From the NCBI RefSeq assembly GCF_006345805.1, contig NC_043009.1:26288001-26352000 (forward strand): a stretch of DNA of 64,000 nucleotides, given 5' to 3'. Both the position numbers and the translations under genes were made by a program. The DNA comes from Octopus sinensis (taxonomy: Eukaryota). The notes under the pieces were generated by a model that made no database searches, was not told the origin of the DNA, and saw only the letters and a program-made list of their open reading frames with translations. The first letter of the stretch is position 1. The number at the start of each line of letters is the position of its first letter. Positions 26,957-40,329 of this stretch are shown in pieces.

Positions 26957-27226
26957 CAAATGAAAGGGCAGAAGATGGAATATACGAGAATTTATTGTTA
27001 ATTACGACAATTGTTTCGACACATCTAGCATCGATTCCTCATGAGTGGAACACTCAACAACTGGTTCGGGAGCATCCGAAACTCGTTAAAATGACTGTTC
27101 CGCAACGTAACTTTCCGTTTTGTAGAGAGAAAAGCAGCCAGACGGAGGAAATATCTTTACATATAGGATCAAAAATAAAATTACAGATGACAAAAAGAGA
27201 GAGAAACACGGAACCCAGCGAGAAAA

Positions 27227-27261
<35 letters not shown>

Positions 27262-27286
27262 CCTTCTTTTTATAGCTACTGTATAT

Positions 27287-27505
27287 ATCTTTTTCTACTC
27301 TAGGTACAAGGCCCGAACATTTGGTGGGGATGGGGTTAGGCGATTAAGACGACCCCAGTACGCAACTGGTACTTAATTTATCAACCCCGAACGGATGAAA
27401 GGCAAAGTCGACCCCGGCGGAATTTGAAATAAAAACGTAAAGGCAGATGAAATACCGCTAAGAATTTCCCCCGGCGTGCCAACGTTTCTGCCAGCTCACC
27501 GCCTT
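27287..27505 (-). mobile_element. SINE family A, full-length, tail type 2
   Basis: Minus: GGCGGTGAGCTGGCAGAAACGTTGGCAC ... TTCAAATTCCGCCGGGGTCGACTTTGCCTTTCATCC ... GGGCCTTGTACCTAGAGTAGAAAA. Confidence 0.85.
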
Positions 27506-27559
27506 TATATACCTGTGTGTATATCTACTGCACAGGTTACATATATATACACAAGTATG

Positions 27560-27935
27560 CAAACATGTGTACACCAGGCACATGCATCGCAACCATATGT
27601 GCGCGACATGGTGATAAACAGCGCATGACCTTGCAGGTGGGGCCCAGTTAGAATTTTCTTCAGGTTGAGTAGCCCAACCCGCTCCAAATGTCCCTGAATA
27701 AGGTTTGTTTTAGGATGATGAACGAAACACCCATGTTTCCAGAGGTGAATTATTCAAACCCTAAACAATTCCTTTCAACACATGGCTATGATGCTCCCCC
27801 ACTACTGCTCTTGATCAGAGATGCACATATCGTCAGCCACTAAGGGACATGCTCGAATGATTAAGGTCAAACAACTGCCAATCAAATCAGTGTTATTGAG
27901 TAGAATATTTGCTGCAGACCATCTTTTATACCAAG
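27560..27935 (-). repeat. Unclassified interspersed repeat (family C); overlapping copies at ~42808-42955 and ~47262-47545
   Basis: Shared GGCACATGCATC..ATATGTGCGCGACATGGTGAT..GCATGACCTTGCAG..CCCATGTTTCCAGAGGTG; the 47 kb copy is flanked by (TTA)n on both sides. Confidence 0.8.
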
Positions 27936-28837
27936 ATGTATTTATGTATGTATATTTGGTGGGGATGTCTGAGTATGTTTTGTGTGTCTATATTTTTGTG
28001 CGTCTGTATGTGGATGTATAGATGCTTGTGTTCGTTAGTGTATGGGGTTTGTTAAGCATGTGTATTGTGTACTTTTGTGTATATGTAAACGTATATGTCT
28101 CTGTCTCTGTCTGGATCTCTATGAATATCATTGTGGGGTTGGATGTTGATGTTTATAGATATGCGCATGCGTATATTTATCTTTAATGAGACGAGTGTTA
28201 AAAAAAAAGAAAAACACAATAAGAAGACAAACAACAATCTTTAAATGTAGTTTATATATATAGAATCTTGAATAAACATTAAATTTAACGTTTCCAACAA
28301 TCAGATCACGTGATTGCATCTATGGTATTTAAATATCAGGTGATTTAGAAGTGCCTGCCACTGACGTTGCCATTCCCCCATTCAGGCACACCACCAACAC
28401 CGCCACCGCCACCACCGCCACCACAACCATCGCCACCGCTACCACTCACAGACAACGCAAGTTTCGAAACAGATTTGAACTCTTTCTTTTAATCAACCTG
28501 AATATCCAAATCCGTAAAACATATGTTAAAACGATCCGATTGCTATCAGACTTATATTTTGTTATCATATTCACTTATCTCCACCAGGCACCCAGCTGCT
28601 AGAATCTTTGGCGTGTCGAACAAAATGCTTTGCAGCAATTCTTTCTGTTTACCTTTTGAGTTCAAATCCTACAGAGGTCGTTGTAATCGGCTTGGCCCCT
28701 CCCCATCGAAATTGCTGGACATGTCCCTGCAACACGTGGCATCCCGTTCAGGAATATGTTATGATCTCGCACACTCATATGCTTTAGAAACTGGGTAACT
28801 ACTCTTATTAGACCCATGGTTCAATGAATATATCGTT

Positions 28838-29253
28838 TGTCCTTTAATTCTTTCAGTTATTAGACTGCGACCATGCTGGGACACCGCCTTGAAGAAAGTT
28901 TATTCGAATGAATCGATGCCCATACTTATTTCCTTAAAAAACCTGATGCATATTACATCGGTATCGTTTTGCTGAATCGCTATGTTACGGGGCCGTAAAC
29001 ACGCCACCATCTGTTGTCAAGCGGTGGCGGGGTACAAACACAAGCACACACACACACACACACACACACCACACACACATATATATATACATAGAACAGG
29101 CTTCTTTCAGTTGTCGTCTACCAAATCCACCCAGAAGAATTTGGTCAGAATTTGGTAGAAAACATTTGCCCAAAAGATGGCACGCATTGAGACTGAACAC
29201 AAAACCCTGGGACTGAGAAGTAAACTTTTTACTACAAAGCCACGCCTGCGACC
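28838..29253 (-). mobile_element. SINE family B, full-length
   Basis: Reverse complement of the 9441-9843 organisation. Confidence 0.85.
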
Positions 29254-29257
29254 ATAT

Positions 29258-29327
<70 letters not shown>

Positions 29328-29508
29328 TTGTGTGTGTGTATAAATATATATATATATATTTAAATATATAGCATTTTTTGATGGCCCCGATAACTGAAGA
29401 GATGCCAGCGTGGGTTTCCGTCCCGCATTCGAAACTTCGAGTTTTATTATTGCTACCGAATAATTGTCACATATTATAATTACACACACACACACACACA
29501 CACACACA

Positions 29509-29562
<54 letters not shown>

Positions 29563-30353
29563 ATATATAATTTATTATGCAAGTATAAAAATCTGAAATA
29601 TGTGTCTTTGAGAGAAGATATAGGTAAAACTATGAACGATAAGTATCTTAGACGCCTTTCCCGAGAGTATCAACGACTTAAGCGAAGAACAAGTCTGGTA
29701 AATTACAAGATTTTATGAAAATCTTCTGTCCCTCATGGCCGCATTTACAAAAAGCTGCTCTATAAAACTTGTATATATTTCTGGGTGTATGAGAAAGTGG
29801 TAAGTGTTGAGCTTGGGTTTACATGTTTGTCGATAGATGTGTATACACACATGTCAGTAACAAGCAAAACAGAATGGTCTTAACACATTTATTCTCTTCC
29901 TTTCTCTTTTTCTTTCTCTCTCTCTTACTCTCTATCTCTCTCCCTTTCTCTCTCTCTCTCTCTCTTACTCTAGCTCTTTTACTCTCTCCCGCCAATACAC
30001 AAACAAACAAACAAACAAACAAACAAACGCGTACCTGGTCGTTTGTGTATATTTATTAAAATACGTTTTTTAAGTTCGTATACTAAGTACATACATCGAC
30101 ATGCATATGTGTGTGTATGCGTCTGTTTGTACATAAATACGTACATACACATATATACTAAATAGTATACATTATATATGCATTAATGTATGTGTATACC
30201 CACGCACACCCACACACACATATATGCATGTGTATATGCATGTATATATATATATAAATATATATACACATATATATATACTCATAAATATAAAATATAT
30301 AATATACATATGTGTATATATATAGCATAAAATATATATACATGTGTGTATAT

Positions 30354-30399
<46 letters not shown>

Positions 30400-30836
30400 G
30401 TGTGTGGTTGGTGTGTAGGTATGACATATACATATGAGGCATTTGATGTCTGTAATGTCCATTAAAATTACACGTTACCCCTCAAGAAGATGGTTTGATA
30501 AATTTCATTATTTGTGTCATAGAGCAAGGAAAAAATATTTCAACACCAAACATTAATTTTTTTTATTTCCTTAACTTTTTGGAACTGAGACCATTCAATA
30601 TCTTACCTACAACAAACACAAACATAGAAACGCACACGTACGCACGTATGTATGTAGATATTTCACACACTGAGGTAAACATACATACGTACACACATAC
30701 AACTATATATGCATACCATACATATATACGTCCATGCATACATATATGTACGAAAACACTTTCATATGTACATGTTTGTGTACATATATGTATGGGTGCG
30801 TGTGTATACATACATACATACATACATACATACATA

Positions 30837-30902
<66 letters not shown>

Positions 30903-31002
30903 NNNNNNNNNNNNNNNNNNNNNNNNNNNNNNNNNNNNNNNNNNNNNNNNNNNNNNNNNNNNNNNNNNNNNNNNNNNNNNNNNNNNNNNNNNNNNNNNNN
31001 NN
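30903..31002. other. Assembly gap (100 N)
   Basis: Run of n directly after a (TA)n tract. Confidence 1.
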
Positions 31003-32327
31003 CCTAGCAAAATGTAGTACGGGAGATTCATACAGATATTCTTGACTGAATCCATCAGAAAGACCTCGAACAAACAAACAAATAGTGATTCACCAACCGC
31101 CAGCAACCTCTCATTCACAAATGCGCAGTTTCCTCCTTCTCTCTCACTCTTCCATTTTTTAATTCTTTTACTTGTTTCATTTATTGAATTGTGGCCATAC
31201 TGGGGCATCGTCTTGAAGAGTACAGTCATATAAATCGACTCGAATACTTATATTTTAAATCTATTTATTCTACCATTTTTTGGGTTTTTTTTTGCTGAGT
31301 CACCATTGAATAATACATAAACAAACTAATTCCAGTTCAGAAGCGGCGAGGTGACAAACGTAATCCATCCATCGATATGTGTATGTGTGTGTGCACGCGT
31401 GTACATATTCACACTTCTGCACAGTTACCGTAAACCAAATTCAATCCCAAATCACTGTGCATATTATGCCGTTACATCAACGACCTCTTCTCTAAACTTG
31501 CTCACGTGAATGTTGTTTTCACTCAAGTGTTTCCGACTGACATACACATCTCGTGACCCGGAAAGGATGAAAGGCAACTTCACCCTCGGGTGAATTTGAA
31601 CTCAAAAACTAAAGAACTAGTTGTCCGGCGTTGTAACTATTCTGCCAGCTCGCCGCCTTAATCTAATATATAAAATTGCTTTTTTTATTTGTCTGCTTGT
31701 TCCCAATGCACACAAAAACCTGTAAACCAATCATGTTCATACTTGGCATGAAACATCCTTAGACTCAGATATAGGTTGTCCTCAAATTTCGACCTATGTT
31801 CTTTTAAGGGACGGGAGATAGTTCTCATTTTCAACGTAGTATTGGTTGTTTACGAAAAATAAATGGAAGTTAATGCAGTATATGTGTGTGACGTGCTGTT
31901 GTTAGTGTGTTAGCGGGTGAGTTCACCCCTTTCTCTCTCGTGTATTATGTATCAGAACGCTGTAGTAATGGTTGTCAAGTAGAAATATTCTAATTAAAGA
32001 GAAACGTTTCTAAGCTTATTACGATATAAGATTGAAAGGCTTTTCAACTATTTACGAAATGTTCACCGATTCCAAAATATACATCAGAATATATGGTGGG
32101 GGTGGGTTGAATAATTTTCTTTGAAACCTACTCACACACACACACCACACACACACACAAACATACATATGCAGACACACGTGATATATATAATATATAC
32201 ACAAACACATATGTATGATATAATACATGTGTTTATGTATATTCGGCATAGATATTACCCGTATCAGTTCAATCTAAAATTCCTGTTGTGGCAAAGTCAA
32301 CGCCTCACACTAAAAATAAACACACAC

Positions 32328-32373
<46 letters not shown>

Positions 32374-33169
32374 ATAAATGTGTGCATACAATTATATATA
32401 TATATACATATATGTAAGTATGTATGTATGTATGTATGTATGTATGTATGTATGTATGTATGTATGTATGCATATCTATATAAAATATATATGTATGTGT
32501 GTGTATGTGTATGTATGTATTTATAACAGTCATTTGGAACGCACAAAATGGCGCCAATCTCACCCTGAATATACAAAAAATAACGATAACATAAAGAGCA
32601 GCAATTTGTTTGTGTGACCTAGGGATAAAATTCTTCAAAGACACTCTTAAAATAACACCGATTCTAACTGAAAATATACAAAAATGTGCACTGTGCATGA
32701 ATGAAAGGCTAAAATAATAATTTATATTCATAAAATATACATTATTATATAAACTAAAGATGTGGGTGTAAACAAGACAGTCTTATCAGAATGTCCGGGA
32801 AAGCGATGTTCTGAAGCCCTTACATACACAAACTTAGCATATATATATTGGCATGAGCATTAGCTAGAATTTAGAAAGCGCCCTCCCAGTCTACAATATA
32901 TATATATGTGTGTGTGTGTGGTGTGTGTGTGTGTATCATTGCTATTATGCAAAAGTGTCGTAAGTCCAAAACTTTGCTTTTTCAGAAAACGAAAAGATAG
33001 TTTCTCCATTCCATAGCAAGTCCGTTGTACTACACTTTGACAATTTTTGATATCTCGGCATCTGAAGCAGCTGGGGATACGATAGTTTGACCAAACTAAC
33101 CGGCTATTGCAAGCATAAAAATGTATTTGGCCAAATTTGGACAAACGACAGTTTAACATAATAGCAACG

Positions 33170-33212
<43 letters not shown>

Positions 33213-33231
33213 TAGATAGATAGATAGATAG

Positions 33232-33270
<39 letters not shown>

Positions 33271-33354
33271 CTAGATAGATAGATAAACTTACTTGGAAGA
33301 CCATGCGTGGCGGTCACTCATATAAAATATAAATAATATATATATATATTATAT

Positions 33355-33449
<95 letters not shown>

Positions 33450-33599
33450 ATTAAATAACGTTTTTACCAATACCGTTTTTACACAAACTTTAATATTGTT
33501 AATATTTCTTTTTCAAGTACTCTATCTTCTAATTAGCCTTAATATCTTCCTGTCTTCTCTCGAACATATAGATAGATAGATAAACGGATAGACGGATTA

Positions 33600-36500
33600 T
33601 CCAGCATGTCCAGAGCATGGAGACGTGACGAGCTGGATTTATTCCGAGCATGGGAGTGCGCCGGCGGAGATAGCCCTAGCGGGTGATTGCGGCTGCGCTG
33701 AAGAGCAGAGGCTACAGAGGACGGCGGCTCAGATGGAGCGAAAGAGACAGGAATTCGTGCGCTCATATGCGCTTGTACGGTCGCACATTGGCGCACTTTA
33801 TGCCATCTTTGAGAACGAGCGGGGCAAGATGGCAAGAATGGAGACGATGAAAGAAGTCACCCCCACCTGGTGGACGCCCTAGGAGGTTTTGAATGAGAAA
33901 CCTGCCCGGGGAGTGAACCCAGGTGCAAGTTCTCCAACCGGCAGCAAGGGCCATGGAGACGAGAACCCGTGAAGAGGTAGAGGGAGGAAGAAAGAACTAA
34001 AAGAAGGACTGGAAGAGCTAAAGGAAAAGGAAAAAGCTCAAGCAGGACCAAGAGTGAACAACCAGAAATAGAAGTGGGAACCGCAAAGGATGGAACCAAA
34101 CAGCGCACACGGGTGTGTATGTTCTACCTGAGAGGTTCCTGCTGGCATGGAAAGGAAGTGCGGCTGCCGCTTTGCACATCGGGGACCCTGCCACAGAGAC
34201 ACGAGGCAATGGACAAACCATCAACACAAGAAAAGGGATGGACCACGCACCACCTGCCCCAAAGCGGAGGTACGCAGATGTTGTGCGCGCCACAAACAGC
34301 CAACATGATGTTGTCGAAAGAGCAGCTGCTGAGCAACAATCTTTTTTGTGCATGCACAAAAGATTGTACAGCAGCTGACCTGGCTTCATCAAACCCAAGC
34401 CCGCAGGTGGGACTACCCACTTATACCAGACCACCACAGCAAACAGACACAGGATGGACACCGCCGGCAACACGTACACCACCTCACCTCGATACTCCTA
34501 CTGAACATCAGAGGACTGCAAACACTCAGTAACAGGACAAAGATCCCGTTCCTGAGAGACTTTGTCATGCAATCACCATATGCATAGCACTTACAGAAAC
34601 GCACCTGAAACCGGACATAGCAGATGCGGAGTTACACATACCACAGTATGCTGTACTACGGACCGACAGGAAAGAAAGGAATGAGTCAGTGGGGTGTTGC
34701 TATGTACATCCGTGAGGACCTCACACCCCAGGTCCTCTTGTCATACTCAAACTCGGTTGTGACACACTAATTGTACATATTAAGCAACTTGATGTAGTTG
34801 TGTGTGCTACATATCGCCCTCCAGATGCCCCAAGCCATGTGGGCAAGTTTGAAGACTGCCTTATAAAATAGAAGAAATTCTAACCACATTAGAACAACAC
34901 ATAGGTGTGCTCTTATGGGAGACTTCAATCTGCCCAATGTCAGATGGCCCGAGGGCCTTCTCTTCCAGGAATGACAAGATGTGAACGAGGACAGGCGAGG
35001 TCCCTCCTGAACCTCATCAACACCTCTGTACATGGAGCAGGTAATACTCCAACCAACCAGGCAGGTAACACACGGATCTCTGCTTCACAAATGACATGGA
35101 TCTCATCCATAATGTGAAAGTGACACCGACACTACTCTCGGATCACAACATGATAGAGCTGACCATGTACGGGCCAAAAGAGAGCACGGACATGCAGCCT
35201 ACAAGAAACCCTCAAAATCTTTCCAGCTTGAACTACCATAAGGCAAACTGGAAAACAAATTGAGAAAGAGATCCTCAAACAAAACTGGCCTAAATGTCTC
35301 TCCTCGCCAGACATCGACGTGAAACTTCAACAATTCATGTCTGTAATGCAAGCCATATGCTACAAATGTGTCCCAGAGAGAAAGGCCACTGTACACAAGA
35401 ACAAAATCCCAGAGAGAGGAAAATCTTAATGAGACGGCGTACGAATTTTCAAATCGCCTAAACAAACAGATGAAAGCAGTGAAAAGTCCCGCCTAAAAAT
35501 AAAACTGTTGGAAATCGAAAAATGTCTGCAACTCTCCCATGAAAAAAAAGAGCAGACAAAGAAGCCTGGGCTATAGAAAACATAAAATCTAACCCCAGAG
35601 CTTTCTACAGGTATGCCAAAGAAAACAGCTACAGTGCACTGTAATAGGCCACTCCTCGAAAAGGATGGCACACTTACAGGAAAACCAATGAGGGTAAGTG
35701 AAATACTGAATGAGCAATTCAAGAGTGTTTTCACTCCACCCCTTGGGCATCTCCAAATCACCAAACCAACTGACTTTTTTACCACTGCAGATATAAAATC
35801 AGAGGCGGCGACGATAGATTACATCGATATAAAGGAAGACGATGTAACCAAGGCTATAGATGAAATGAAAACAGACTCAGCTACTGCCCCGATGGATTCC
35901 CGGCAATCCTCCTAAAAGCATGTAAGAGAGTCCTAGCAAGACCACTGCAGTTCCTCTTTCAAGCTTCCTTCAGCTGGCAGCTGGCAAACTTCCAGGAAAA
36001 CTAATAAGTAAATATGCCCCATTCATAAAGGAGGTAGCAGAGCCGAAGCCAAGAACTATAGACCTATCTCTCTGACCTCACACATCAGCAAGGTCATGGA
36101 ACGAATAGTCAGAAGGAAGCTGATCACCTTCCTTGAAGAGAATGACTGCTGCCCCGACACCCAACATGGTTTCCGACCAGGGAGAAGCTGTTTAAATCAG
36201 CTCCTACAAACACTATGACGGGTGCTGAAACGGCTGCTCAACCACTCAAATGTGGAAGTGATATATCTCGACTTTGCAAAGGCCTTTATAAAGTCGATCA
36301 TGGAATGATATGTCACAAACTGCGTGATCTCAACATAGTTGGAAAACTGGGAGAATGGCTTCATGACTTTCTGAAGGATAGAAGTCAGGTGGTAGTAGCC
36401 AATGGGGCCACCTCCATTAACACACAAATAGTGAGCGGTGTTCCGCAGGCACTGTTCTGGGACCACTACTGTTCATAATGGCCCTCTCAGACATGCCCTC

Positions 36501-37530
36501 AGCCACGCAGAGAGCCACGATCACAAGTTATGCAGATGATACAAAAGTTTCACAGGCAATACAGAACCCTGAGGACACTAAACACCTGCAATGTGAGCTG
36601 GACGAAATATACAAGTGGGCTGAAAAGAATAGCATGCAGTTCAATGCTGGAAGTTTCAAGCTTTATACTATCAGCATGCAAAACTGAATGCAATACCCAA
36701 TGAATACACTGGACCCGGAGGGATTGCAATCCCAGGGCACAATCAGTGCGTGACCTGGGTATTCACATGAGTGATGACGCGACCTTTCATGTACATGTTG
36801 CTAAAAACTGACAATGAAATGTAGACGGCTGGCTGGATGGATTCTTAGAACCTTTAGAACAAGAGAACAAGAAACCATGATGGTCCTCTGGAAGACACTT
36901 GTCCTAAGCCACTTTGACTATTGCTCTCAGCTATGGTCACCATCCAGTGTCAAGTTGATCACAGAACTTGAGGCGATCCAACGAAGCTACACAAAGAAGA
37001 TAGCCTCTATGCAGAATGTAAGCTACGGGAAAGACTCAAGAGATTAAAATTATATCCCTGGAGCGTAGGCGGGAAAGATTTGCCATAATATACATCTGGA
37101 AGATCCTGGAGGGAAGTGTCCTGAACTTTGGCATCGAGAGTTACGCAAATGCCAGAACTGGGCGCGCCACTGCGTGGTGCCTAGGACTCCAAACCTGCCA
37201 TCAAGATGTAGGACAAGATTCTGTGATAGCCTGGCTTCCGAGGCCCACAGCTCTTCAATATCCTCCCGAAGAACCTAAGAGACCTGCATGGGGTGGATAC
37301 AGATGTCTTTAAAATGAAGCTGGATCTCTTCCTGTCAGGTGTCCCAGATGAACAAACTTCACGGCAGGAGGGGCAGATGAGGGCAGCTGCATCGAACTCT
37401 CTCATGCACCAAATAGCAGTGCTAGAAAGCCTCCATGAAGTGAAACCAAGTAGCATACCAAATGGCGGTGCCCCAACATGGCCACAGCTCATAAGCTGAA
37501 ACTAGAATCAATCAATCAATCAATCAATCA
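33600..37530 (+). mobile_element. Near full-length CR1-group LINE (ORF1 with coiled-coil and CCCH-like finger; ORF2 APE plus RT), frameshifted, (ATCA)n tail
   Basis: APE: ILLLNIRGLQ, ALTETHL, YRPP, MGDFNLP, SDHNMI. RT: KNYRPISLTSHISKVMERIV, QHGFRPGRSCLNQL, YLDFAKAF, SGVPQ, YADDTKV, HFDYCSQLWSP, FNILPKNLR. 3' end GCTGAAACTAGA(ATCA)n. Confidence 0.93.
34490..37499 (+). pseudogene. LINE ORF2 (AP endonuclease-reverse transcriptase), broken by many 1-bp indels
   Basis: Motifs above are spread across all three + frames (ORF-track pieces at 34348, 34905, 35613, 36215, 36478, 36814, 37293). Confidence 0.9.
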
Positions 37531-37542
37531 TATATATATATA

Positions 37543-37588
<46 letters not shown>

Positions 37589-37640
37589 TATATACATACG
37601 TATATGTATATACTTCCATCTATACGCTATAATATATATA

Positions 37641-37970
37641 TGCATATGTGGGCACAGAAGTTATGAAACATGCACAACAAAAAAGTACAAAGCACGAGAT
37701 CATCAACTATTCTTTCGAACAACGAAAGACACAAATGGAAAACAAAATAAACAACATAAAAAACGACCTTTCATCAGTTGTTGACTGTTTTTCTAGTCTC
37801 GTATTTCGAGCAAAAACAGCCAACAACTGATGAAGGGTCGTTCTTTATGTTGTTTGTTTTGTTTTCCATTTGTATCTTCCACCGTTCGAAAGAATAGTTC
37901 ATGTTCCATGTACAAGTGCTTTGTACTTTTTGTTGTACACGTTTCATGACGTTCTGTGCCCACATATGCA
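37641..37970. mobile_element. 330-bp fold-back (palindromic) element in (TA)n
   Basis: 37641-37792 is the reverse complement of 37812-37970 at roughly 85% identity (mostly substitutions); ~19-nt loop. Confidence 0.85.
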
Positions 37971-37981
37971 TATATATATAT

Positions 37982-38062
<81 letters not shown>

Positions 38063-38962
38063 GAGAGTTAGATAGCTAGATAGATAAGGATGGAGAGATA
38101 GATAGATAGATAGATTAATTGGATAGATGCCAGATGTAGAAGAAGGTGTCAAGCTTTATATCCAGTGTCGATTTTATTTGTTTAGAGTATATGTTGAAGA
38201 TATTAATGTAGTTGCTGACGAGCGAAATATACGATCTTTGAAACACAGTTGATTGCTAATTCATTCACTCCATTGGAAAAGCAGGAACGTGACGATTTCT
38301 AATTTCGTAGGAAACATTTTTCTCACAACGAAGCCAATAGTATCTTTCAGTTTTGATTGATAGCTTCCATCACAAGAGGTCACTGATCTGAATCTATTTA
38401 TTGCAAAAGTGTGTGAGATATAATAAATATTTATTGATATACGACAGTAAAATTCAACTTAGGACACCAGAAGATTCGCTGAATATGGCAAGATAAAGCA
38501 ATTACCGCACCATAAATTATATTAGTGAAAACAGCAGGATGTGTCTTGAGAGAACCAAATAGAAACTTTATGAAACAAAGTATATTTCCTAATTGGGAAA
38601 GCTCGATAGGTTATCATGTTGATGAATACTCTAGGAACAATATATCAATTATAGGATTCTTGGACAAATCTAATCAACAAGCTTGCAGAAGACTGATTGG
38701 ACGGCCGTAAGATTTGATTTAAAAAAGTGAAATGTTAATTTAAGACAACAAAGTGTTAATTAAAAACCAAAAACTTGACTGAAACTTAATTTCTATTGTT
38801 TTTCCTTAGTTCCAGGTACTACGTAATTGAAGAAAATTTATTCTCAAAAGTTTTCCAGTCATGACTCTCATGCCTGTCTATCAAATGCAATGCATCAGCG
38901 ACTAAAAGCTAAGCAAAAACTTCTTGCTTCTCATTTAAAAGGATAGCGTGTATTTGTTACCT

Positions 38963-39364
38963 TTTTATCTTTTACTTGTTTCAGTCATTTGACGGTGGCC
39001 ATGCTGGGGCAGCGCCTTGAAGAATTTTTAGCCGAGAATTTTTAGTCTCGGCTAAATCACAGTACATTTCTAAGCCTGGTGCTTATTCTATCGATGTCTT
39101 TGGCCGAAATTCTAAGTTTCAGGTACAGAAACACACCAACACCGGTTGTGAAGCGGTTGGGTCAAACACCGGCACAAAGACACACACATATAAATATATG
39201 TACGACGGTCTTTCAGTTTATGTCTACCAAATTCATTCGCAAGGCTTTGGTCGGCCCGAGGCTATAGTAGAAGACACTTGCTCAAGGTGCCACGCTGTGG
39301 GACTGAACCCGGAAAACATGTGGTTGGGAAGCAAACTTCTTACCACACAGCCATACCTTCGCCT
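38963..39364 (-). mobile_element. SINE family B, full-length
   Basis: Reverse complement of family B head, CORE-like segment and tail. Confidence 0.88.
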
Positions 39365-39721
39365 ATTAGGAAGTATTGTTTTAATAAGTACTAAAAAGAC
39401 AGCATGCTAAAGGCTTGAACATCTAACACCGTGTGCAACAACGACTACAAAGAAGAGAAAATGGTGAAGATAAAGAAAGGCTATACCTGCAATGAGTCAA
39501 AGATGCAAGTATGTTGAGAAAGTGTATGCTAGATTTGCATGTACGCCATTATATATTGAATTGTAGGTATATAGGTTTGTCACGAGTCCCAAAAGTATCA
39601 TTAAGTTACCATGGCATTATGCAGCCGAGAGTATAATACTTTCATATGAATGAGACGCCACTGCACTATAGGGTGAACCTCGAGTTATTCTGATATTTAT
39701 TTTGTGCATAAGAAAACGATT

Positions 39722-39830
39722 TAAAGTGCCTTGACAATGATGGACGCAATGGCCTCCCAGACCGGGAATCGAACCCATGACCTTTTGGTTGGGATCCCAG
39801 TTCTCTTAGAGTAATCGAGGCACTTTCTGG
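39722..39830 (-). mobile_element. tRNA-derived SINE head fragment
   Basis: Minus: ...GGTCATGGGTTCGATTCCCGGTCTGGGAGG... strong B box, no complete cloverleaf. Confidence 0.5.
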
Positions 39831-39854
39831 CAACGACACAGTGTTATACATTTC

Positions 39855-40263
39855 TAGGTGGCGAGCTGGCAGAAACGTTAGCATGCCGGGTGAGATGCGT
39901 AGCGGTATTTCGTCTGCCGTTACGTTCTGGGTTCAAATTCCGCCGAGGTCGACTTTGTCTTTCATCCTTTCGGAGTCGATAAATTAAGTACCAGTTACAC
40001 ACTGAGGTCGATATAATCAACTTAATCCGTTTGTCTGTCCTTGTTTGTCCTCTCTGTGTTTAGCCCCTTGTGGGTAGTAAAGAAATAGGTATTTCGTCTG
40101 TCTTGACGTTCTGAGTTCAAATTCCACCGAGGTCGACTTTGCCTTTCAACCCTTCGGGGGTCGATAAATTAAGTACCATCTACGTACTGGGGTCGATCTA
40201 ATCAACTGGTTCCCTCCCCAGAAATTCCGAACATTGTGCCTAGAGTAGAAAAGGAAAAAAAAT
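39855..40263 (+). mobile_element. Dimeric family A SINE with 15-bp TSD
   Basis: AGTGTTATACATTTC at 39840-39854 and 40264-40278; unit 1 (head, body, tail 1) fused at AAAGAAATAG|GTATTTCGTCTGTC to an A-box-less unit 2 (body, tail 2). Confidence 0.9.
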
Positions 40264-40329
40264 AGTGTTATACATTTCGGGTAAGTTACAATTTTTTTCA
40301 GATCTTGGTACAAGACAAATGATTTTAAT

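Noticed and set aside
30495-31229. ORFs spanning the N run
   Set aside because: Artefact of translating through the assembly gap.
38230-38600. Possible Tc1/mariner C-terminal relic (..TDLNLF.., CLERTK)
   Set aside because: Motifs are too decayed to support a call without a search.
39722-39830. tRNA gene
   Set aside because: B box only, no complete cloverleaf. The same applies to all other tRNA-like SINE heads.
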